Virus record (IMG/VR): IMGVR_UViG_3300017761_005120
Span: 1-39,097 of that record
Reading direction: 5' to 3' (one strand)
From: a virus
Taxonomy: Duplodnaviria > Caudoviricetes
DNA length: 39,097 nt
The notes under the pieces are model-generated. The model worked only from the letters and a program-made list of their open reading frames with translations. It did no database searches and had not been told where the DNA came from. Every line of letters begins with the position of its first letter. Position 1 is the first letter of the stretch. A program made the translations under genes and the position numbers. Of the stretch, positions 19,556 through 29,426 are shown piece by piece.

Positions 19556-20247
19556 GATAAAACTGCTGGGATTGTCATTGTCTCATTTCTAAAAAACTGT
19601 AAATTTATTTGATAGAAACAATCAATGTGGTAAAGTCCATCATTTGTAGTAAAATCAATAAGAAATTCATTCACAGAATTTGCAGAAAGGAGATATGGAG
19701 GATTTACTATGTATCCTGTTTGAGGAGGACTGAAAGAACTACAAAATAAATTATAGCCATGAGAAGTTGCACTAGCAACCTTTACCCCGTTCAGAAAGAA
19801 ACTCATTTTCTCATAATATTCATCATGATCCTCTGCAAGACCTGTAAAATCTAAGTCCATGTATATATCCATAGAGTCTGTACTGATAGATGCTAGTGCT
19901 GTGCCATATTGAACAGAACTATTAGCACCACCACAATTCGAAGAGTCTTCAATATCAAATCTCACAGAAGTAGCAAGAGATGTAAATGTCCAAGGATTAC
20001 CACTTAATGTTCCTCCATAAGAGAATACCCATGAGAGTCCTGCAAAATCAAGACAAGTTTGTGATGCAGACTCTCCTATTATACTGTATGAAAATGAAGA
20101 AGAGTCATCTAGTAATCCTAAACCTGTTGAGGAGGAAAATTTATTAGATTTTTGAACTAAGAACTTTTTATTTGAACCATTTACTACCACGTTAATATAT
20201 TTGTTCAAGTATTCTTCAAATTGATTATTATTAGATGCTAGATTCAT
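19552..20247 (-). CDS. Hypothetical beta-rich virion-associated protein
   Basis: Ser/Gly-rich; coupled to the structural operon. Confidence 0.6.
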   Translation of the reverse strand: MNLASNNNQFEEYLNKYINVVVNGSNKKFLVQKSNKFSSSTGLGLLDDSSSFSYSIIGESASQTCLDFAGLSWVFSYGGTLSGNPWTFTSLATSVRFDIEDSSNCGGANSSVQYGTALASISTDSMDIYMDLDFTGLAEDHDEYYEKMSFFLNGVKVASATSHGYNLFCSSFSPPQTGYIVNPPYLLSANSVNEFLIDFTTNDGLYHIDCFYQINLQFFRNETMTIPAVLS

Positions 20248-21338
20248 GAAAATAGTTGGCTGAGAATATCATACTCTTGTAGGTCAACAACTTGAGCAAG
20301 GTTGCCTAAAGGGGTTACATATGGTTCTGGGTCTGGGATAATACATTCGGTAAGAATATATTTTACTGGAAACAGACATGGTAGACGATTCTTATACAAT
20401 TCGTTTATGTCTAAATTTGCATAGCAGTCTGAGCATGTGTTTGTAGAACAAAATTCTATATTAGTATAAGGATGATAGGTCCATCTACCATCTCTTATTT
20501 TAAAGAAAAATGTTCCTCCAGTGTTTATATGTATGTTTTTAGGAGCAAATTGAGTAAGAATAAATTCTGGAATAGAGAGAAAGTTTAAGCGAACAAAACT
20601 TTTGTATTTTTCGTTCACTATACGATATTGATACAAGTAAGAGTGAAAGTATGTTAAATCTGTGGAATTGAAGTTGTTCAATTCTGATGACTCTAAGGAG
20701 TCTGTATTCTTATTATACCATACAAGATTCACCAAGCTTTCAATCTCGCTTATTTCATTTAATAGAATGTTGTTCTTGTTATATTTTCTAAGATAAAAAT
20801 TAAAAGTTGTTAGAAGAGTATTCATCTGATTTCTCAATCCTAAAAACATAAAAATATTGTTAACAGTTGTTGAATATGTTGCAGCCAGATTCTCTAACAC
20901 TTCTGGTTTAAAACTATCTATTCTTGAACCTTGAAAAGATTCAGAACTGTAGTTCTTGCATAGGAAATCACATCTTAATATTTGAGTGTTTGAAAATAAA
21001 CTTGATGGGAAGTTGTCATTCAACCATGTTTCTATTTCCAAAAAATTGGCAACCATGTTGAAGGTAGACTTATATGCTATCATTATTGGTTCTTCCCAAT
21101 ATCCTTTAACATTATAAACTAAATCACTACTTGAACTCCAATTAGAACTGTTAGATTCAAGAGTTGCTGTCAAACCGTTCATTTCAGCTTGTATTAGAGC
21201 AAAGATTTTAAATAGAGAATTCCACTTATCCTTCTGAGAGTGTAAAACATCAGTCCTAACATTCAATTCTTGCATATTAGAATTGAATGTCTCTAGACTG
21301 TTGCCAAGGTATTGGAATTCTGTGAGAGGGGTTATCAT
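20244..21338 (-). CDS. Virion structural protein, paralog of the next gene
   Basis: LGNSLETFNSNMQEL, WEEPI, WLNDNFP. Confidence 0.65.
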   Translation of the reverse strand: MITPLTEFQYLGNSLETFNSNMQELNVRTDVLHSQKDKWNSLFKIFALIQAEMNGLTATLESNSSNWSSSSDLVYNVKGYWEEPIMIAYKSTFNMVANFLEIETWLNDNFPSSLFSNTQILRCDFLCKNYSSESFQGSRIDSFKPEVLENLAATYSTTVNNIFMFLGLRNQMNTLLTTFNFYLRKYNKNNILLNEISEIESLVNLVWYNKNTDSLESSELNNFNSTDLTYFHSYLYQYRIVNEKYKSFVRLNFLSIPEFILTQFAPKNIHINTGGTFFFKIRDGRWTYHPYTNIEFCSTNTCSDCYANLDINELYKNRLPCLFPVKYILTECIIPDPEPYVTPLGNLAQVVDLQEYDILSQLFS

Positions 21339-22039
21339 TAGTTGTACAAGGCAGAATCATACACCCATCTGGAAGATGTTGGGTCTATAATAAATTTAAG
21401 TCCTGAAAATATGTTCACAAATTTATCAGGAACAGCAACATCCAATCTTTGGGTTCCACAGTCAACAGTTGCTGTTTTGGTTCCTGTGCTTGTTCCTGCA
21501 CCAATACAGTTACAAGTAAATTTAACTCTCACACTTCTTACTCCTGATGATTTTGACTGTGATAGTATTTGGTTAATAGATTTATATTGTGGAGTAAAAA
21601 TAAAAAGTTCTTGACCTACAATAAAATTGTAACATGAACCAGAAACAACAGGAAATGCTTCATTCACCCAACTTGTTACTTGAATTATAATATCTTCCTC
21701 AGAACCATCTTCATCAAATGGATATGGAAAGATGAGTGAAATAGGTTTTAACCATATATTACTAAGTGATTTAACAGTTGTGTAAGTTTCTGTCCAGCAA
21801 GAGCTATTTGACCTTACACTGTTGATAGCATTAATCCAACTTGCACTGCTAGAATTGAATATGGAATACATAGAGTTCCAAAAATTAGCAGCACTAAATT
21901 CAAAATTGCATGTATAGATGTCTAATACATTAAAATTGTAATTTATAGATGATAGAGAATCTCCTATGTTTTCGTAATCCTTGATAGGATAGACAATCTG
22001 ATTATCAGTAACTTTACAAATTTCTTTGGCGTATTCCAT
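21338..22039 (-). CDS. Virion structural protein
   Basis: IGDSLSSINYNFNVL (fibre/baseplate-type N-terminal motif), WLKPI, WVNEAFP; TAAATA upstream. Confidence 0.65.
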   Translation of the reverse strand: MEYAKEICKVTDNQIVYPIKDYENIGDSLSSINYNFNVLDIYTCNFEFSAANFWNSMYSIFNSSSASWINAINSVRSNSSCWTETYTTVKSLSNIWLKPISLIFPYPFDEDGSEEDIIIQVTSWVNEAFPVVSGSCYNFIVGQELFIFTPQYKSINQILSQSKSSGVRSVRVKFTCNCIGAGTSTGTKTATVDCGTQRLDVAVPDKFVNIFSGLKFIIDPTSSRWVYDSALYN

Positions 22040-22048
22040 TGTAATTAT

Positions 22049-25000
22049 TTAGCACGAAGAAACACAGTCTGTAAAAATAAAGTCTGGAACAACACAACAA
22101 TTTTTCTCAAAATCTGCCCATGTGAAAACATGTCCACTTACACTACCCTTTTCAGTGGAGAACCATTCTAGAGGAAAGTAGCTGTTGCTTTGAAGATACT
22201 CATGATTCCAGCATATTTCTGAGTGATTACCAGCCACACCTCTTCTCAGCACATACCATGCAGAAATTGAACTGAGTTGTGTATTTGCAGACACCTTTCC
22301 ACTCTTAAGTTCTCTCCAAGTTACAGGATTTTTATTAAGAGATGGTTTTTGTGTGTTTTCTATATAGTGATATTTCCACAACCACTGCAAATTATTGTTG
22401 TTATTAAACACTGTTGTGTTTATTGAAATATTGTCCTTTAAGTTTTCCAAACAATCAAAGATGAGTCTTATACTTCTATTAATAGTATCATATAAAACAG
22501 GCTCATTTGTTGCTAGCAGAATAGGAGTATATTTTAAAGCAGATGCAGATATAGCAGAAGTGTATTGACTTGTTACAGAGCCAAATTCATCATAGTTAAC
22601 CATTATACGAGAGTCTACTCTTTTATTAAGAAGATTTATATTATCATATATTTTTTTGAAAGAGTCGTTGTAAACATAGTCTGCTACCAATTCACTCTCA
22701 TCCACAAAAATACTATTCCATGAGAATCCTGACAGAGATTCTGAATCATTTATAATCTTGTCTATTTCAATAAAATCGACAAATTTAGAAATACAATTTT
22801 TTCCAGATATTAAAATATGATATTGGTCCATTCCAACATGAGTGATAGGATAACTCATAGTTTTATCAGAGACATATGCCCCATCAATCATGAACTTAGA
22901 AATCTTGTTTCCAGAGATTATGTAAATGATTCCATAGTGAATAAGATTAAAGAAAGATTTGGTTGCACCAGATACTTGTATCTTGGATATGATGGAATTC
23001 AAATTTGTTATATATGTGGTTCCAGTTTCTGTTGTTAGACAAAAGATATCATTAGAGCAGTCTAATGATAGAGGTTTATCCCCTATTAGAGTTGTTAGAT
23101 CAATGTTTTTGATCCAATTCAAGTTTACATTATAAACCTTTATCATCATAGAATCACTGTCCAATATATAAGCATTACCAAGTGAATCTAAACAGAAATC
23201 CACAGGATTATTAAGTTTAGTTCTGTCTGCCTTTCCCCCAACCCCACCCCAATAGTGTGTTAGTTGAATATCGTTGGGAGAGTCTATATCAAATGAGCAG
23301 ACAAACATAAGTTGTTTATCACTATCCAAAATATAGAGTCTGTTTGCAACACTATCATAATGCAGACGAACTGGATTTGATAGAGTCTCACCATCACCTA
23401 TTCTATTGAATGAGAATAACAATTCAGGAGTTTCATCAAAGGTATAAATTTCTATGTTAGAACCATTTATAACCAAAATCTTACCATCTACATACTGAAC
23501 AAATTTCAAATCTGATAACGGATTGGTTCCTGTATTTACAGAACTGTTTCTAGTATCCCATTTGAAATTACCATATTTTTTACCCAAGAAACCACCATAT
23601 GCCTTTGGGAATGTTATATTGTTCATGGAACATGATGAACTTAGATAATCCAAGTTTGTTTTTATTTTTTGGAAAGATTTGTTTATAACAGATGCATACT
23701 GCCATTCATTTGGTTTTACAAGAACATCTTCAACAGAATGTGGTATAGAAATATCTTGGAAGAAATTTCTGGTAATAGTGCTGTCATAAGGTTCGAACGA
23801 ATTTTTAACATAGATTAGATTGTTCCAACTTTGAATAACAGGAGAACCACTCATTAATATTCCTGTCATAGAAGGAGATTTTGCCCCTTCAGAAACGTAT
23901 CGTGCTGTTAGGTATGCAGAAGTGGATGTTTGAATAGTGCCCTCTCCATTGTTGAAAATGAATGATGTGAATCTGGATGAATTAGAAGGAGAGAAATTGC
24001 TGTTGCTACTATTGTACAAATACACAATCTCCCCAGCAGAAACTATATTTTTGAGTGCATACAAATCTATGTTGGGTCCGTTATATGCTGTTAAGTTTAG
24101 AGTGTTAGATGAGATTGGTTTTGATTCTGAACAATAATCAAAACCATCAACAGTAACATCAACATTACCAGACAAGTAAACTATGCAAGAATTAACAGAG
24201 TTTTCTTTTATGATAAAATCAGAGTTTTCTAATCCTATTTTTAATAGGGAGCTTGCTATGGTTCTGTCATCTTTGATAGTTTTTGTCTGAACAAAATCGC
24301 TGCTACTTAAAACAACATTTAGAGTATAACCAACAATGTTAGTGTAACCAGCATCAAATTCAAATGTTAGTTTGGGAGTTTCGCTATATTTGTTTATGTT
24401 ATAATAATTATTGTTTATAGTGATATTGACAAGTGGTGTTGGAAAATTAAAAAATGTGATTGGCTGTTTATAAACATTGGACCCATTTGAAGATGTACTA
24501 TTAAACACTGTAACAGAGTCTTCATTTGTGAATATGCTGTTAAATGCAGATACACTTACACTACCACTAGCAGAAATGTTTGCATAGGTAACTGGAAGTA
24601 TTAATTTGTTAGTATTAGTTTCTTTAGATAAGTTACCAACTTTCCAAATATATCTATCAAATCCAGGAGTTGCTGAAAAATAAAAGTTTTCTGTATGACA
24701 TGATTTGTATGCAGTCATTCCATTTGATTGATTGTATAAGTTGAAACCCTGATTAATCAAACCACACTGGTAGTTGTTAGTAGCTTCTGCCAGTGTTTTT
24801 ACTGGAGAATATTGGTTTTCTGGAAATGCAATATAGTTAAAAGGAGAAATAGAAGATAGGTTGTAGAAACACATGGATTCTATAAAGTTGTATGCCTTAA
24901 AATTACCCTCAAATGGACTTGCACTAATTGCACTAAGTGTTACACATGCACTAACAGTGTTGAATGAAAAACTAGCAAAGTTTCCAGATGTTAGTGTGGT

Positions 25001-27274
25001 AGCACCGTTGCTGTTTTTAATACTCCACAGTAATCTAGAACTATCAACTATCAAATCAGGATAACTTGCAGATAGTGATATGTTTGCAGAATTTGTCAAG
25101 ATTTTGTTTTTGAATGCAGAGCTTGACACAGACTCTGACCCAGCAACACTGCTTACTGTTGAGTTTATGTTTATATAGTCTTTAGAAGGATATTCTCTTA
25201 TGAAAAAGAGTTTGCTAGCATTCATAGAAAAGTCGCTTCTGAATAAATCACAACTAACATCAAATAATATATTATGAGGATAACTTTCAACAGGAATACT
25301 AGACACTGCTACATCAACAATAGAGTAATCTTCTGTGGATGCATAAGTGGTTCCTTTTTTAATAGGACTATTTGCTCCTGATGAGAATGATAGTTCTCCT
25401 CTAGAATCTCCTCCAATTTCATTCCATATAATAGTAGCATCAACTGGTGCTCTATAGGAGAAACCATTCCTATTACAATATGCAGAAACTTGTCCAGTAG
25501 TAATTTTGTTAAAATCGTTTACAGAACCCGTTAGTTCCAAATACATATTATTAACCACAGAGCTAGGAGGAAACCAGAAAGTACTTGCACTTGTGTCATA
25601 TTCTTGTGAGTACAAGATTATTTCTGTTTTATCTACCCCTAAGTTGAAAACTTGTGCCTCAAATTCATTCTCATATAAAACGTTTTGGGATAGTTCATCA
25701 CCCTCCAAGTTTCTAAACACCACGTTTTCAGGAGGATGTGCAGCCCATTTATATCCAAATCCAGTTTCTGCTGGTGTCGGGAATATTGTTGCAACACAGT
25801 GTGCACTAGTTTCACCACTCTCTTGTAAGTTTAAATTGAATACTATGTTTCTCTTATTTAATAAGAGGTCTATAGGTTGAGGATGTTGATGAATAGTTCC
25901 TACAAAAGAACTAAGCTGCATAATAACACTATACCTGTCTCCCAATCCAGAATTGAAAAATCTTAAATCATAACCTGCTGGCATCCACTGATTAGTGATA
26001 TAAACATTATTAGTTCCAATAGGCTTAGCACTAAGTGTAAGTTCTCCATTTTCCTCAACAAAACGCTGAACAAGTAATCCTGCAACTTCTGATGATAAGA
26101 TACTAAATTGATTCTGGTAGTAATTATCAATCATAGTGGTTCTAACATCCACACTAGAATAATTATCACTTATTGTAAAAGAAGAGCTTGTAAAATTTAC
26201 AGTGAATGCATCTGTATTAGCAATGCCACCAGGAGATGCAGTGCGAAATCTATAGTTCCAAAAATAAACTGGAATATTAGAGGTTACTGTAAAATTATTT
26301 GTGCTGTTGTTAATTATTCTTGTATTTGCATTGTAAGGAGCAGGTATAACACTGGATGTCTCATAACATGCTGTTATATCATCAAATTTGTTAATAAACA
26401 ACGGAGCCTTGAAAACTATGTTTACTGCACCAGTTGCATTATTGTAATTAGCTTGAGTAGTGTACGGAAAAGTGATTCCTAAATCTTCTAATACTGTATT
26501 GGTTAGAGTTCTTAGTGTGGTGGTAGTTGATTTCACCCCATTGCTAGTTCTTTCACTACTAGAATTGTCATCAAAGAATTGTAATCTAAAAATCTGATTC
26601 TGTGTATCATCCAATACTGTTTTTGAGGAAACTACAGGAATCTCTATTTTCAAACTATTGTTGATTATGTTTCTTGCTAGACTCTTTCTTTGAAAGTTTC
26701 TTTGAAAGTTTTTATTTTCTCCTATTTTAAATTCTTTGACACCTCTGGATGCATAGGTAAATCCTGTTGAATTAGTAGAATAGGTTGGAAATGCTGTTAA
26801 ATTGTAAAATCCAGAATTTTTCACTCTTGTTCTATATTCTGGAGTTTTCACTTCCCCATCAAATCCAGATGCAAGAGCCACCATAGCACTAATCATTATA
26901 GCAGTGTTACTAATTTTGCTCATGGATGGATATGGATGAGTTGGCCATATTGTTACTCCTGATAATCCACCATTATATGATACATAGAGATATTCATTAG
27001 GATTTCCCACAGTCCATAGGAATGGATTAAAATCCATAGGATTTAAAAAATTGACTGGTTGCCATGCACTTAAACTTGAGCTTCCATCATCACTAACTAT
27101 AGTGTATGCTGGTTGTGTGCTAAAATTCAATTTAGAGTCATTTGTATTGTAATAGAAGTGTCTGAATCTTAGACCAAATCTAGTATTGTCCTCAACATTC
27201 TCAATATCTCTTATTCTGATGTTGATTTTTTCAGATGGGAATGTAGAGGTGGAGGATATTGAATCTAGTATCAT
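22049..27274 (-). CDS. 1741-aa virion structural protein with beta-sandwich region and NHL-like beta-propeller
   Basis: LSNPVRL..D....LYILDS and LNNPVDFCLDSLGNAYILDS repeats; three NxSxxxIxxxL helices; TAAATA upstream. Confidence 0.75.
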   Translation of the reverse strand: MILDSISSTSTFPSEKINIRIRDIENVEDNTRFGLRFRHFYYNTNDSKLNFSTQPAYTIVSDDGSSSLSAWQPVNFLNPMDFNPFLWTVGNPNEYLYVSYNGGLSGVTIWPTHPYPSMSKISNTAIMISAMVALASGFDGEVKTPEYRTRVKNSGFYNLTAFPTYSTNSTGFTYASRGVKEFKIGENKNFQRNFQRKSLARNIINNSLKIEIPVVSSKTVLDDTQNQIFRLQFFDDNSSSERTSNGVKSTTTTLRTLTNTVLEDLGITFPYTTQANYNNATGAVNIVFKAPLFINKFDDITACYETSSVIPAPYNANTRIINNSTNNFTVTSNIPVYFWNYRFRTASPGGIANTDAFTVNFTSSSFTISDNYSSVDVRTTMIDNYYQNQFSILSSEVAGLLVQRFVEENGELTLSAKPIGTNNVYITNQWMPAGYDLRFFNSGLGDRYSVIMQLSSFVGTIHQHPQPIDLLLNKRNIVFNLNLQESGETSAHCVATIFPTPAETGFGYKWAAHPPENVVFRNLEGDELSQNVLYENEFEAQVFNLGVDKTEIILYSQEYDTSASTFWFPPSSVVNNMYLELTGSVNDFNKITTGQVSAYCNRNGFSYRAPVDATIIWNEIGGDSRGELSFSSGANSPIKKGTTYASTEDYSIVDVAVSSIPVESYPHNILFDVSCDLFRSDFSMNASKLFFIREYPSKDYININSTVSSVAGSESVSSSAFKNKILTNSANISLSASYPDLIVDSSRLLWSIKNSNGATTLTSGNFASFSFNTVSACVTLSAISASPFEGNFKAYNFIESMCFYNLSSISPFNYIAFPENQYSPVKTLAEATNNYQCGLINQGFNLYNQSNGMTAYKSCHTENFYFSATPGFDRYIWKVGNLSKETNTNKLILPVTYANISASGSVSVSAFNSIFTNEDSVTVFNSTSSNGSNVYKQPITFFNFPTPLVNITINNNYYNINKYSETPKLTFEFDAGYTNIVGYTLNVVLSSSDFVQTKTIKDDRTIASSLLKIGLENSDFIIKENSVNSCIVYLSGNVDVTVDGFDYCSESKPISSNTLNLTAYNGPNIDLYALKNIVSAGEIVYLYNSSNSNFSPSNSSRFTSFIFNNGEGTIQTSTSAYLTARYVSEGAKSPSMTGILMSGSPVIQSWNNLIYVKNSFEPYDSTITRNFFQDISIPHSVEDVLVKPNEWQYASVINKSFQKIKTNLDYLSSSCSMNNITFPKAYGGFLGKKYGNFKWDTRNSSVNTGTNPLSDLKFVQYVDGKILVINGSNIEIYTFDETPELLFSFNRIGDGETLSNPVRLHYDSVANRLYILDSDKQLMFVCSFDIDSPNDIQLTHYWGGVGGKADRTKLNNPVDFCLDSLGNAYILDSDSMMIKVYNVNLNWIKNIDLTTLIGDKPLSLDCSNDIFCLTTETGTTYITNLNSIISKIQVSGATKSFFNLIHYGIIYIISGNKISKFMIDGAYVSDKTMSYPITHVGMDQYHILISGKNCISKFVDFIEIDKIINDSESLSGFSWNSIFVDESELVADYVYNDSFKKIYDNINLLNKRVDSRIMVNYDEFGSVTSQYTSAISASALKYTPILLATNEPVLYDTINRSIRLIFDCLENLKDNISINTTVFNNNNNLQWLWKYHYIENTQKPSLNKNPVTWRELKSGKVSANTQLSSISAWYVLRRGVAGNHSEICWNHEYLQSNSYFPLEWFSTEKGSVSGHVFTWADFEKNCCVVPDFIFTDCVSSC

Positions 27275-27321
27275 TTCTATTTATTTATTGACAGAGGATG
27301 TATGATGCTATATATTTAAGT

Positions 27322-27576
27322 ATGAGTACCTCAGAACATTTTTGTATAATATTTATAGCATACATAATATTTTCTTTTTATGGATTAAAATGTATAAGAG
27401 ATTATACTATGAGATGTTTGCAAGCAGGACACATTCCCTTTAATGGAAGTGTTTGGAAAGTATTACTATATAGTATTATTTGTGGTCTCTTTACAACTCT
27501 GGTACTTTTATATACTGTATTAGAGTCTTTCTGGGATGCTTTTCAAGATTTTTGGGATAATGTCAGAAAAAAATGA
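27322..27576 (+). CDS. Small membrane protein
   Basis: Two hydrophobic segments; follows TTGACA-N17-TATATT (27288-27316). Confidence 0.6.
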   Translation: MSTSEHFCIIFIAYIIFSFYGLKCIRDYTMRCLQAGHIPFNGSVWKVLLYSIICGLFTTLVLLYTVLESFWDAFQDFWDNVRKK

Positions 27577-27628
27577 GAAAAAGCTTGATCTGTAAAGTAA
27601 GTAGTGTAAGTTAAATGGTAGAAAAAAT

Positions 27629-27701
27629 TGCGGTCAAGAGCTTTGGAAGCTCACCAGTCTCATAAGCTGGAGGTGGTGGTTCGATTCCCCGATACGCAAC
27701 C
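27629..27701 (+). tRNA. tRNA-Met(CAT), irregular acceptor and T stems
   Basis: CCAGT-CTCATAA-GCTGG; TTCGATT; bulges needed to pair the stems. Confidence 0.65.
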
Positions 27702-27710
27702 CTTATAAAT

Positions 27711-27784
27711 GCCTCAGTAGTTCAATGGTAGAACGTTTGTTTCATAAGCAAAATAATTGTGGTTCGATTCCACTCTGAGGCACC
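27711..27784 (+). tRNA. tRNA-Met/Ile2(CAT)
   Basis: GCCTCAG/CTGAGGC; TTTGT-TTCATAA-GCAAA. Confidence 0.85.
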
Positions 27785-27805
27785 TAAAAGAAAAAAAGTT
27801 TTTTC

Positions 27806-27834
27806 TTGAAACTACTGCAAAGTAGTGGTAAACT
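27806..27834 (+). promoter_or_regulatory. Sigma70-like promoter heading the main tRNA run
   Basis: TTGAAA-N17-TAAACT. Confidence 0.6.
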
Positions 27835-27847
27835 AAGTAAGTAAAGT

Positions 27848-27964
27848 ATGATGCACAAAACATTAAATTATAGAACCAAACGACTTCCGAGTAATTTCGG
27901 ATCGTCTGTCTCTGCCTCCCATCAGGAGTGGTTTAATGTAACAGACATCAAAAGACATCTCTGA
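27848..27964 (+). CDS. 38-aa putative leader peptide
   Basis: MMHKTLNYRTKRLPSNFGSSVSASHQEWFNVTDIKRHL*; ATG 13 nt after the -10; stop lies inside a hairpin. Confidence 0.45.
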   Translation: MMHKTLNYRTKRLPSNFGSSVSASHQEWFNVTDIKRHL

Positions 27965-28133
27965 CTACCAAGTGGGAATCAGAGAATCCAAAAAAGGTTT
28001 CTAAGATTCTCCTAATTGAAAAATCGAACGGATTCCACCGAGTGTGGCGTAGCAGAAATAAAGTTTCTTTAATTCTGGCAGGTTTAATAAACTCACTTGC
28101 CGAAAAATAATCTTGGCAAGTGATCTTGTAAAT

Positions 28134-28210
28134 GGGGCTTTAGTGATAATGGCTTAGCACATGACTCTTGCACAGTCGAGGAAAGGGTTCGAATCCCTTA
28201 AGCTCCACCA
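28134..28210 (+). tRNA. tRNA-Ala(TGC)
   Basis: GGGGCTT/AAGCTCC with G3:U70, ACCA end. Confidence 0.95.
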
Positions 28211-28237
28211 TTTATATCAAAGAATATAAAACACTAT

Positions 28238-28316
28238 TAGGGTGTGGCATGAGTCTGGTTTAAGGCACTAGTTTTGGATACTAGCGTTCGTTGGTTCGAA
28301 TCCAACCATCCTAACC
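28238..28316 (+). tRNA. tRNA-Pro(TGG)
   Basis: CTAGT-TTTGGAT-ACTAG; TTCGAAT. Confidence 0.85.
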
Positions 28317-28385
28317 TTAGAATAGAGGGGTATCCCCCTTCAACTTGAATAAACAAGTGAAAGAGCAATGGTTATTGTTCACAAT

Positions 28386-28458
28386 GCTTCTGTAATTCAA
28401 TGTAGAAATTCCGCCCGATTAGCGGAAAGTTGTGGGTTCAAGTCCTACCAGAAGTACC
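28386..28458 (+). tRNA. tRNA-Ile(GAT), atypical anticodon loop
   Basis: TCCGC-CCGATTA-GCGGA; GCTTCTG/CAGAAGT. Confidence 0.7.
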
Positions 28459-28467
28459 TTTTTAAAA

Positions 28468-28546
28468 CGTCTATTGGCAGAGCATGGTTTAACGCGCTTG
28501 ATTTGGGATCAAGTATTCACAGGTTCGAATCCTGTATAGGCGACCA
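28468..28546 (+). tRNA. tRNA-Pro(TGG), second copy
   Basis: CTTGA-TTTGGGA-TCAAG; CCA end. Confidence 0.9.
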
Positions 28547-28550
28547 ATTT

Positions 28551-28619
28551 TTGGTGTTAGTAATAGTGGAAGAACGTGCCCAACGGGGCATAGCGTGAGT
28601 TCGATTCTCACACACCGAA
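28551..28619 (+). ncRNA. tRNA-like RNA with 4-nt anticodon loop
   Basis: TTGGTGT/ACACCGA; TGCCC-AACG-GGGCA; GTGAG-TTCGATT-CTCAC; no CCA. Confidence 0.65.
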
Positions 28620-28638
28620 AAGTTTTTTATAAATTTAA

Positions 28639-28711
28639 AGGAGGTTAGCATATTGGTAATGCAGCACCCGTTTGCTGGGTGAAGAAGACGGTTACTATTC
28701 CGTCCCTCCTA
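28639..28711 (+). ncRNA. tRNA-like RNA with aberrant T and anticodon loops
   Basis: AGGAGG/CCTCCT; GCAT-ATTGGTA-ATGC; CACCC-GTTTGCT-GGGTG; GACGG-TTACTATT-CCGTC. Confidence 0.65.
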
Positions 28712-28731
28712 ATTTTACAAACACATTAAAA

Positions 28732-29301
28732 ATGGATAAAAATCAGTTACAAGAACATATAGAGAGTGGGCTATCTTCAACAGAGATAGCTAAAATATAT
28801 AATAAAAGTAGAAGTACAATTGTATATTGGCTTAAAAAATATAAATTGGCGACAAAATCTAAGTATTTTCTAGATAATAAAAAAATATCAGATGATGATA
28901 TAAAGACCACATGGAACGTATCATCATCAATGAGTGATTTTCTCAAAAATTTAGGAGTAAATTTAACGGGAGGTGCGTGGTATCATTATAAGAGAAGGTT
29001 AGATAATTTAGGTATAGATATAACTGTTGGAGCAAAACATAGAGCAGGGTTAATAACTGCCAAAATAACAAATTCACAAAATATAAAAAATTATAAAAGA
29101 TTGAGAAGATCGTCTTTAATGAAAGCATTAGATTTAAGTGAAAGAGAATATATTTGTAGTGAATGTGGATGCAATGATTGGCGTGGAAAGTATATAAAAT
29201 TACAAATACATCATAAAGATCATAATAAAAATAATAACAAACTTGATAATTTAGAATATCTTTGTCCAAATTGTCATTCACAAAAACATTTCAGTAAGTA
29301 A
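28732..29301 (+). CDS. HNH homing endonuclease with N-terminal HTH
   Basis: CSECG, LQIHHKDHNKNNNKLDNLEYLCPNCH; SSTEIAK...TIVYWLKK. Confidence 0.9.
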   Translation: MDKNQLQEHIESGLSSTEIAKIYNKSRSTIVYWLKKYKLATKSKYFLDNKKISDDDIKTTWNVSSSMSDFLKNLGVNLTGGAWYHYKRRLDNLGIDITVGAKHRAGLITAKITNSQNIKNYKRLRRSSLMKALDLSEREYICSECGCNDWRGKYIKLQIHHKDHNKNNNKLDNLEYLCPNCHSQKHFSK

Positions 29302-29302
29302 C

Positions 29303-29378
29303 CGCTAAATGGTAGTGATGGTTCATACAATAGTTTGAAAAACTATCTATCTGAGTTCGATTCTCAGTTTAGCGGCCA
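29303..29378 (+). tRNA. tRNA-Phe(GAA)
   Basis: ATAGT-TTGAAAA-ACTAT; GCCA end. Confidence 0.85.
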
Positions 29379-29426
29379 TTTTTAAAGTTTGACTTTCAAA
29401 TATTTTAAAAGTAAGTTAGTTATAAT

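Noticed and set aside
27848-28210. Full-length tmRNA or theta/HDV-like ribozyme in the structured leader
   Set aside because: The GGGG...CCACCA unit is a complete 77-nt tRNA-Ala, and I could not fit a ribozyme core by eye; a covariance-model search would be needed
28325-28381. Three small consecutive hairpins between tRNA-Pro and tRNA-Ile
   Set aside because: Short stems, no closing helix and no recognisable motif; insufficient support for an RNA gene
28639-29378. HNH gene as part of an intron splitting a tRNA
   Set aside because: The flanking elements are each complete cloverleaves, not halves, and there is no room for a group I core
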